Shown here piece by piece: positions 58,064 through 64,000 of a stretch of DNA of 64,000 bases. Under the pieces are notes generated by a model. The model was not told the DNA's origin. It ran no database searches and saw only the letters and a list, made by a program, of their open reading frames with translations. Origin of the DNA: Shigella phage SSG23; the sequence record PQ351811, one strand, 5' to 3'. The stretch's first letter is position 1; the number at the start of each line of letters is the position of its first letter. Both the position numbers and the translations under genes were made by a program.

Positions 58064-58231
58064 ATGACCAAATTAAAATGTGTTGCTGTAGATTTTGAGC
58101 TAGCTGATAGCTTTGTTGTCGGTGATGAATATGATGCTCGACATGATGGGACTTGCTACTACGTTAAGGATGAATACGGCGTAGAATGGGCTATTCTTCC
58201 TGATGATAAATGTTTTGAGGTTGTCGGATAA
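58064..58231 (+). CDS. hypothetical small protein
   Basis: ORF downstream of promoter-hairpin at 58004. Confidence 0.4.
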   Translation: MTKLKCVAVDFELADSFVVGDEYDARHDGTCYYVKDEYGVEWAILPDDKCFEVVG

Positions 58232-58404
58232 TGGCTACTGTATGGTTATTGATTGCAATAAGCAATTCAATGTATAATTACGGAAATATGTCAAGCATTG
58301 AATTTGCCACAAAGCAGGATTGCGTTAAAGCTCGCGAGATTATCCGCGAAGACAATAAACGCTTTATGAATCTGTATTGCATTGAAAAGCAGAAGGTGAA
58401 CTAA
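58231..58404 (+). CDS. hypothetical small protein (tandem paralog 1)
   Basis: 57 aa starting MATVWLLIAIS; TAATG junctions on both sides. Confidence 0.3.
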   Translation: MATVWLLIAISNSMYNYGNMSSIEFATKQDCVKAREIIREDNKRFMNLYCIEKQKVN

Positions 58405-58571
58405 TGGCTACATTATGGTTATTGCTTTCCGTTAGTGTCGGCGTATATAATAAAGGAACTGTTACCAGCGTAGAGTTTTCATCACATCAAAGTTGTTTTG
58501 AAGCCATGCAGGAATTGCAACAGGATAGCGAAATAAACAGAAATACTAAGTTCTTTTGTGTTAAAAAGTGA
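58404..58571 (+). CDS. hypothetical small protein (tandem paralog 2)
   Basis: 55 aa starting MATLWLLLSVS; similar layout to 58231..58404 (hydrophobic N-terminus, SIEF/SVEF, C-terminal Cys). Confidence 0.3.
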   Translation: MATLWLLLSVSVGVYNKGTVTSVEFSSHQSCFEAMQELQQDSEINRNTKFFCVKK

Positions 58572-58640
58572 TAGTGAGGTGAATTAATCCTTCTTCTGGA
58601 TACCTGATAAATAATGGTATACAGAAAAGAGGATTTATTC

Positions 58641-59288
58641 ATGAACTTACAAAAACTACACGACGCAATCATAGAAAAAGCGAAGATAAGAGGAACCGTT
58701 GAAGGATATAAGGAAACACATCATATTTTACCGCGATCTATGGGTGGCGGTGATGAAGTCGATAACCTGATTGATTTGACAGCCAAAGAACATTTTGTGA
58801 TTCATCACCTGCTAGCAAAAATTCATGGTGGACCTATGGCGCAAGCATTTGGTATGATGTGTTTGGCAAAAAATGCTAAGACCAATAAAAGAGATTATGT
58901 TGTTTCGTCTAGGGTATATGAACAAGCTAGGGTACTGATATCTGAACAAAGAAAGGGTAAGCCTATGAAAGAAGAAACGCGAAGAAAGATTAGCGAATCT
59001 TCGAAAGGTGTATTGAAATCAGAAGAGACAAAAGCTAAAATGCGTAAACCAAAAACAAAGGAGCACGCGTTAAACATTTCAAAAGCTAGAATGGGAAGTA
59101 AAAATCCTATGTTTGGGAAACCATCGCCAACTAAAGGAATACCACATAGCGAGGAAATGAGAAAGCTGATTGCACAAAGGACAAAGGAAGCAACAATGGC
59201 AGATCCTTGTCCGCATTGCGGTAAAATTACCAATAAAGGCAATGCTCTACGATGGCACTTTGATAACTGCAAAATGAGGAATATGTGA
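58641..59288 (+). CDS. HNH homing endonuclease (MobE-like, free-standing)
   Basis: HNH core (ETHHILPRSMGGGDEVDNLIDLTAKEH), NUMOD3-like repeats (ETRRKISESSKG, EHALNISKARMG), C-terminal CPHCG; sits between nrdA and nrdB like T4 mobE. Confidence 0.75.
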   Translation: MNLQKLHDAIIEKAKIRGTVEGYKETHHILPRSMGGGDEVDNLIDLTAKEHFVIHHLLAKIHGGPMAQAFGMMCLAKNAKTNKRDYVVSSRVYEQARVLISEQRKGKPMKEETRRKISESSKGVLKSEETKAKMRKPKTKEHALNISKARMGSKNPMFGKPSPTKGIPHSEEMRKLIAQRTKEATMADPCPHCGKITNKGNALRWHFDNCKMRNM

Positions 59289-60455
59289 ATGGGAAATACG
59301 GTATTTAATCGTGAACATGTTGATATTATGAATGAACCGATGTTTCTGGGTAGCGGTTTAGGTATCGCTCGTTATGACATTCAGCGTCATCAAGTATTTG
59401 AAGAACTAATTGAAAAATCTCTGTCATTTTTCTGGCGTCCAGAAGAGATTTCACTTGCAACTGACCGCATTCAATATCTGAATATGGGCGATGTTGAAAA
59501 ACGTTTCTTTACAGAAAACTTGAAGTATCAGACATTACTTGATTCTATTCAAGGTCGCGCACCATCCGCAGCATTTGGTCCAATTGTATCTGATCCGACT
59601 CTCGATACATGGTTGCAAACATGGACATTCAGCGAGACAATTCATAGCCGCAGTTATACTCACATTATGCGTAACTGTTTCATTGATCCGGCTAGTGAGT
59701 TTGACCAGATCATCGATAACCCTGCTATCATGAAGCGAGCGGAATCTATCGGGCAATATTATGATGATGTTCTTTATTGGATTCGTAAGTATGAGAATGC
59801 AAAAGAAGATCTCCGCTATTGGGAAGAACGAGACGACCAGACAGCATTAGATGATGCAAGAAGAGTTTTTGAAGATACAAAACGAGATCTGATGGCGTCG
59901 ATTTATCTGTGTGCACACTGCGTTAATGCACTGGAAGCAATCCGTTTTTATGTATCCTTTGCATGTACTTTCAGCTTTGCCGAACGTGGTTTACTGGAAG
60001 GTAACGCGAAGATCATGAAATTTATTGCGCGTGATGAACAACTTCACTTAAAAGGTACACAATACATTATTCGTCAATGGCAAACGGGGGCTGACGGTGA
60101 TGAGTGGAAACAGATTGCGGAAGAACTTGAAGACGAAGCAACGAAAATCTTTCTGGATGTTGTCGAGCAAGAAAAAGAATGGGTAGACCACCTATTCGCA
60201 ATGGGGGCAATTCCTAACCTGTCACCGGAAATTCTGAAAACCTATGTAGAATACCTGGCAGATTCCCGTATGCGTGCTGCCGGACTGAAAAGCCCGTTTA
60301 GTGTTCGTCGTCATCCTTTACCGTGGATGCGTAAGTGGTTAAACTCTGACGAAGTTCAAAACGCGGCGCAAGAAGTAGAGATCATGTATCTGGTATCTCA
60401 GGTTAATACCGATTTAACAGACGACGACTACAACCGATTCGGGAAATATCTATGA
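59289..60455 (+). CDS. nrdB: ribonucleotide reductase small subunit NrdB (class Ia)
   Basis: Di-iron/tyrosyl radical motifs (FSETIHSRSYTHI, ASIYLCAHCVNALEAIRFYVSFA, ARDEQLH); uninterrupted 388-aa ORF. Confidence 0.95.
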   Translation: MGNTVFNREHVDIMNEPMFLGSGLGIARYDIQRHQVFEELIEKSLSFFWRPEEISLATDRIQYLNMGDVEKRFFTENLKYQTLLDSIQGRAPSAAFGPIVSDPTLDTWLQTWTFSETIHSRSYTHIMRNCFIDPASEFDQIIDNPAIMKRAESIGQYYDDVLYWIRKYENAKEDLRYWEERDDQTALDDARRVFEDTKRDLMASIYLCAHCVNALEAIRFYVSFACTFSFAERGLLEGNAKIMKFIARDEQLHLKGTQYIIRQWQTGADGDEWKQIAEELEDEATKIFLDVVEQEKEWVDHLFAMGAIPNLSPEILKTYVEYLADSRMRAAGLKSPFSVRRHPLPWMRKWLNSDEVQNAAQEVEIMYLVSQVNTDLTDDDYNRFGKYL

Positions 60456-60928
60456 TATATTTTGTCGATTTAGATTTTACGATCACAGATCCAACGCATC
60501 GACTAGCTAAGATGCCAACCGAAAATCTTGATAAAGTCGAGTCATGGATCGAATATAACAAGGCATGTGGGGGAGATTCCCCCATTTACGATGTAATTCG
60601 TGTTATCAATGCTCTTTCTGACAACGGTCATTTGATTTACATCCTCACCGGACGAAGTTCACATGCTTACATAGAAACGGTGGAATGGCTGATCGCTAAT
60701 GATGTGTGTTTCGATAAAATCTTTATGAGAGGTCGCAATGATTCCCGTAAAGACTATCACATCAAATTAGAGGTAATTAAATCCTTTGATAAAGATGAAG
60801 TTGTCGGAGTCTTTGAGGATAACCCGGAAGTGATTAAAGTTCTCAGAGAAAACGGCTATCGTGTCTTTGACGTAGGAAATCACAAAGACAAGACACGAGC
60901 GGATATTGCAAATCACGGTCATGATTAA
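60452..60928 (+). CDS. HAD-superfamily phosphatase-like protein
   Basis: N-terminal FVDLDFTIT (HAD motif I, DxDxT), ILTGR (motif II-like) and FEDN near C-terminus. Confidence 0.5.
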   Translation: MIYFVDLDFTITDPTHRLAKMPTENLDKVESWIEYNKACGGDSPIYDVIRVINALSDNGHLIYILTGRSSHAYIETVEWLIANDVCFDKIFMRGRNDSRKDYHIKLEVIKSFDKDEVVGVFEDNPEVIKVLRENGYRVFDVGNHKDKTRADIANHGHD

Positions 60929-60940
60929 TGTTTGTTCAAA

Positions 60941-60964
60941 GTCGCCCATAGTGGCGACTTTTTT
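60941..60964 (+). terminator. rho-independent terminator
   Basis: GTCGCC-catagt-GGCGAC followed by TTTTTTGTT. Confidence 0.65.
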
Positions 60965-60975
60965 GTTATTGGGTG

Positions 60976-61004
60976 TTGACAATCGGATCTTGCCATAGCA
61001 TAAT
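60976..61004 (+). promoter_or_regulatory. sigma70-like early promoter
   Basis: TTGACA, 17 nt, CATAAT; follows terminator at 60941. Confidence 0.5.
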
Positions 61005-61028
61005 ACGCACATCGAAACGGAGGAACAT

Positions 61029-61247
61029 ATGGAAACAGAAGAACAAGTCATTGCATATTTTCATCGTAAAAAGATGAAACTTAGAATCGAAAAACAGTAC
61101 ATCAATCACTATATTGACCGAGTCCACTTAACAAGTACACCTTACCTATTCCGGTTGATAAACCCTCGAAAACGGTGGGATAAGTTGGATAGAAACACAA
61201 AAATAATTGATAAACTCACCCAATGGTGGAATGAATACAACAAGTAA
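61029..61247 (+). CDS. hypothetical protein
   Basis: 72-aa ORF downstream of promoter at 60976. Confidence 0.4.
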   Translation: METEEQVIAYFHRKKMKLRIEKQYINHYIDRVHLTSTPYLFRLINPRKRWDKLDRNTKIIDKLTQWWNEYNK

Positions 61248-61297
61248 AAAAGTAGTTGACACTGAATAACGGGGGTAGTAATATACCCCCATCGAAA
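61246..61297 (+). repeat. 52-bp direct repeat, copy 1
   Basis: aaaaagtagttgacactgaataacgggggtagtaatatacccccatcgaaac, identical to 61523..61574. Confidence 0.85.
61255..61289 (+). promoter_or_regulatory. PeSL-like promoter-hairpin cassette (duplicate copy 1)
   Basis: TTGACA, 17 nt, TAATAT; GGGGGTAGTAATATACCCCC hairpin. Confidence 0.6.
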
Positions 61298-61312
61298 CAA
61301 AGGAGAATCAAA

Positions 61313-61531
61313 ATGAAATTTATCTGCACCGACTCTATCAGCAAACACTTTGTAGTAGGCGAAGTATACGAATCTACTACCATTCGTCAGCGTGACCTGA
61401 TGGGTCGCCTTTACAATCAGCCAGTATTCATTATTGGTGAAGAATTGTTCTACATTGAAAACCGTCCGTGGGTTGCTTTCAATAAACGAGGACGCAAGGT
61501 AGCAAAATTCGAACTTGTCATTAAAAAGTAG
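61313..61531 (+). CDS. hypothetical small protein (paralog of 32953..33159)
   Basis: 72 aa ending KVAKFELVIKK; flanked by an exact 52-bp promoter-hairpin duplicate. Confidence 0.45.
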   Translation: MKFICTDSISKHFVVGEVYESTTIRQRDLMGRLYNQPVFIIGEELFYIENRPWVAFNKRGRKVAKFELVIKK

Positions 61532-61574
61532 TTGACACTGAATAACGGGGGTAGTAATATACCCCCATCGAAAC
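61523..61574 (+). repeat. 52-bp direct repeat, copy 2
   Basis: Exact copy of 61246..61297; the two copies bracket ORF 61313..61531. Confidence 0.85.
61532..61566 (+). promoter_or_regulatory. PeSL-like promoter-hairpin cassette (duplicate copy 2)
   Basis: Same sequence as copy 1. Confidence 0.6.
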
Positions 61575-61601
61575 GAAACTAACTTACTAAGGAGTATCAA
61601 G

Positions 61602-62000
61602 ATGATTAAATTTCAAACTCGCAAAGACGTTCTGGACTTCGTTAAAGTTTTCGGTTACGCTGCATTGCAACATGCAATGGACAAAATGACCATCACCCCA
61701 GATCAGACTATGCTGATCCGTATGGTTAAAGCAACCGCCTACAAAAACGACATTACCCTCTCAGAAATCAACGACGGTAATACTGTCCGCGAGGTGATTG
61801 TTTCTTTCGAATCACCGAAAATTGGCGGTTTTCATACCACGATGTTAGGCGAAATCACTGTCACTGTATACGGGCAAGGTGGCGGAGTGTTCACCGTAAA
61901 AGAAGCGATGGAAAACGGGACACTGAACAAAGAAAAACTGGAATTTGTCCTGAAAATCATCAAGGAGCGTAACGAAGCTCGCGATATTCTGGAAAGTTAA
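61602..62000 (+). CDS. hypothetical protein
   Basis: 132-aa ORF followed by terminator hairpin at 62008. Confidence 0.45.
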   Translation: MIKFQTRKDVLDFVKVFGYAALQHAMDKMTITPDQTMLIRMVKATAYKNDITLSEINDGNTVREVIVSFESPKIGGFHTTMLGEITVTVYGQGGGVFTVKEAMENGTLNKEKLEFVLKIIKERNEARDILES

Positions 62001-62007
62001 TAAGGTG

Positions 62008-62030
62008 GGCGGGAGAAATCCCGCCTTTGT
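62008..62030 (+). terminator. terminator-like GAAA-tetraloop hairpin
   Basis: GGCGGGA-GAAA-TCCCGCC followed by TTTGTTGT. Confidence 0.5.
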
Positions 62031-62050
62031 TGTGACGTGAGGAAAGGATA

Positions 62051-62512
62051 ATGATTAATGAGCTAATAGAAAACTATGGATTCGTTAAATATTCATGTTT
62101 AGAGTGTAAAGATGGTGATGTGATTCTACCGCCTCAGAAGAACCGTTTAAATGTTCTTTACGCTATTGTGGTTGATGATGAACTGGTATATATTGGTCAG
62201 ACTGTTAATCTAAGAAAGCGGATCAATTATTACCGGACTAGCATTAACAGACAGACACCAACGGCGGATACTCGCAAGAGTAAGAATATTCATAAGGCGC
62301 TAGAGGAAGGGAAGACAGTAACATTCTATTACCGCCAGTGCTTTGAGTTGTACATCGAGAATCCAACGGGTAAGGATATTATAAGCACTGCCGATATCGA
62401 AGAACCTGTTTTGATCACCAAATTTAAACCAGAATGGAACACAAATTATGTCAACAAAAGAAAACAACAAAAAAGTTTTAGCATTGTTCAAAAATCTGAT
62501 GACACTATGTGA
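62051..62512 (+). CDS. GIY-YIG nuclease domain protein
   Basis: LYAIVVDDELVYIGQTVNLRKRINYYR is a GIY-YIG motif; only 153 aa; 3-prime end overlaps the gene 63 start by 65 nt. Confidence 0.55.
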   Translation: MINELIENYGFVKYSCLECKDGDVILPPQKNRLNVLYAIVVDDELVYIGQTVNLRKRINYYRTSINRQTPTADTRKSKNIHKALEEGKTVTFYYRQCFELYIENPTGKDIISTADIEEPVLITKFKPEWNTNYVNKRKQQKSFSIVQKSDDTM

Positions 62513-63617
62513 CGGATCTGATACGTTCTATTACAAAGATGAAATTACGGCAATGCAAACCCGTATGCGCATTTTTAGTTATCTGTACTTGAGCAAACCT
62601 GAAATGTGGAATAAACCAGATGCGTTAGAGTGTCGCGGGATCATGTTTGAAATCGATGATAAAGACCGACCAGTCCGCATTGCATCTCGTCCTATGGAGA
62701 AGTTTTTTAATTTAGGCGAGAATGACCGCGCTCGCTTTAAGCCGGAAGAGGTGGAAATGGTCATGGACAAAATGGACGGTAGTCTAGTAAGCACATACAT
62801 TGATAACGGCTATGTTCAGTTGAAGTCTAAAGCGGCCTTGTACTCAAGCCAGGCAGAGAGAGCAAACGGTCTTCTGTATTCAGAGAAGTATGCGGAACTA
62901 CGTGCTAAGATCGCCGATATTGGATCTGATTATACTTTCAACTTTGAATATACAGCACCAAGCAACCGAATTGTTGTAGAATACAACGAACCGTCGCTAA
63001 CACTTCTGAATGTACGCCATAACGTCACAGGAGAGTATGTACCGCATCAAATTCTATTCGCCGATGCAATCCTGCGTCCTCATCTGGTAAATGCGTTACA
63101 GGTTGATTCAGCGCGGTTTAGCAATATTCTTGATGAAGTTCGGACCGCAGAAGGTATCGAGGGAATTGTTGCACGAACCAAAGACGGTCAGATGTTCAAG
63201 GTGAAAAGTGAATGGTATATTGGTGTGCATAACATTAAAAACACATCGATGTTTCCTAATAACCTGATCTACTATGTCGTAGAAAGCGAAACCGATGATT
63301 TGCGTGCTGCATATGAAGGTGAACCGGAAGCACTGGAACGAATCGAGCTATTCGAGGAAGCATTCAGGTCTATTCTTCGCAATGCCTTCACGACAGCAAC
63401 AGAATTTTATAACGCACACGCGGGAGAAGACAGAAAGACATATGCATCCAATGCGACTATCGAATCACGTAAACATGGTGATGCACAAGCATATATTTTC
63501 ATGTGTCTGATGATTGCATTTGATGGTCTTGATTATGACCGTATTCTGGCTTCAATGAAAACTTACTATCTACGGAATTATAAGAAACTGATTCCGGCTG
63601 ATAAGATTGATTGGTAA
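62448..63617 (+). CDS. 63: RNA ligase 1 gp63 (tail fibre attachment)
   Basis: PDALECRGIMFEID, PVRIASRPMEKFFNL, KMDGSLVSTY (ligase lysine motif) and FLRNYKKLIP match T4 Rnl1. Confidence 0.85.
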   Translation: MSTKENNKKVLALFKNLMTLCDGSDTFYYKDEITAMQTRMRIFSYLYLSKPEMWNKPDALECRGIMFEIDDKDRPVRIASRPMEKFFNLGENDRARFKPEEVEMVMDKMDGSLVSTYIDNGYVQLKSKAALYSSQAERANGLLYSEKYAELRAKIADIGSDYTFNFEYTAPSNRIVVEYNEPSLTLLNVRHNVTGEYVPHQILFADAILRPHLVNALQVDSARFSNILDEVRTAEGIEGIVARTKDGQMFKVKSEWYIGVHNIKNTSMFPNNLIYYVVESETDDLRAAYEGEPEALERIELFEEAFRSILRNAFTTATEFYNAHAGEDRKTYASNATIESRKHGDAQAYIFMCLMIAFDGLDYDRILASMKTYYLRNYKKLIPADKIDW

Positions 63618-63623
63618 TAATAA

Positions 63624-63639
63624 GCGGGGCTTGCCCCGC
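63624..63639 (+). other. stem-loop after gene 63
   Basis: GCGGGGC-ttg-CCCCGC. Confidence 0.4.
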
Positions 63640-63659
63640 CTATTGTCGTTGGGGGTAAT

Positions 63660-63983
63660 ATGTCAAAGCTGATATACGTTGTTATCATATCTGTGTTGCT
63701 GGGGGTAGGCGGCAATATGTGGTGGGAAAATAAGAAGGAGGTGGACCGATTAAATCAGGAATTTACAGAGTATAAGAAAAAGACAGATGAAAAGATGAAG
63801 GTCGTAGACTCACTACAAAAGGAGATGTACGGGATAAGAACTAAGTTCGCGGAAGAACAAAACAAAGCAATGAAAGACGCTACGCGAGGCTATGTAGTAG
63901 CACAAAAACCTAAGTTGGTAGAGAAACAGCTTAATGATTCATTTAAGGAGTTTACCGAAGAATTAAAGGAGGCGACTAAATGA
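63660..63983 (+). CDS. putative i-spanin (PseT.3/Rz-like)
   Basis: N-terminal transmembrane helix (LIYVVIISVLLGVGG) followed by charged coiled coil; next ORF starts with ATGA overlap at 63980 and runs off the window. Confidence 0.4.
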   Translation: MSKLIYVVIISVLLGVGGNMWWENKKEVDRLNQEFTEYKKKTDEKMKVVDSLQKEMYGIRTKFAEEQNKAMKDATRGYVVAQKPKLVEKQLNDSFKEFTEELKEATK

Positions 63984-64000
63984 GCATAGAAATATTGCCT

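Noticed and set aside
54169-60455. Group I introns or inteins in td, nrdA and nrdB (and in gene 43 at 10174..12852)
   Set aside because: All four ORFs are continuous with conserved motifs in order. The td insertion is in frame and lacks intein junction residues. The only mobile gene seen is the free-standing HNH ORF between nrdA and nrdB.
3298-61574. Repeated GC-rich hairpin elements considered as a possible CRISPR array
   Set aside because: The copies are irregularly spaced over tens of kilobases, each sits in an intergenic promoter context with TTGAC and -10 boxes, and there is no repeat-spacer periodicity.
1-64000. tRNA genes, rRNA genes, integrase or transposase genes
   Set aside because: No cloverleaf-like tRNA candidates or rRNA-like stretches were noticed by eye, and no integrase or transposase motifs appear among the ORFs. 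The T4 tRNA cluster lies in a different genome region. A tRNAscan run would be needed to be certain about tRNAs.

Overview
This window is a contiguous stretch of a T4-like (Tevenvirinae-type) myovirus genome, read in the direction of early transcription. Recognisable T4 core genes appear in conserved order on the + strand: 55, 47, 46, 45, 44, 62, regA, 43, uvsX, 41, 61, 56, dda, dexA, 39 (single fused ORF), rIIA, rIIB, 52; then a convergent late block on the - strand (holin t, tail-fibre genes 37, 36, 35, 34); then + strand rnh, 33, 59, 32, frd, td, nrdA, nrdB and RNA ligase 63. No tRNA, rRNA or CRISPR was seen. The cytosine-modification genes that sit at these junctions in T4 (alpha-gt, 42, beta-gt, imm) are absent from their syntenic slots, although the dCTPase gene 56 is present. 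The main non-core signal is a family of about 20 sigma70-like early promoters that carry a GC-rich hairpin in or just after the 17-bp spacer (PeSL-like cassettes, as reported for RB49/RB43-type phages). These bracket small ORFs, include an exact 52-bp duplicate pair, and cluster in a small-ORF region at 32.2-37.8 kb. Candidate novelties are a CYTH-like (ExExK) protein inserted between rnh and 33, a secreted DUF1311/LprI-like protein, a thymidylate synthase with a roughly 125-aa insertion, a duplicated rIIB N-terminal HTH module, a gene 37 with a C-terminal intramolecular-chaperone domain and no gp38, and several small paralog families. All calls rest on reading the ORF translations and sequence by eye against remembered T4 proteins and motifs; no database search was run.
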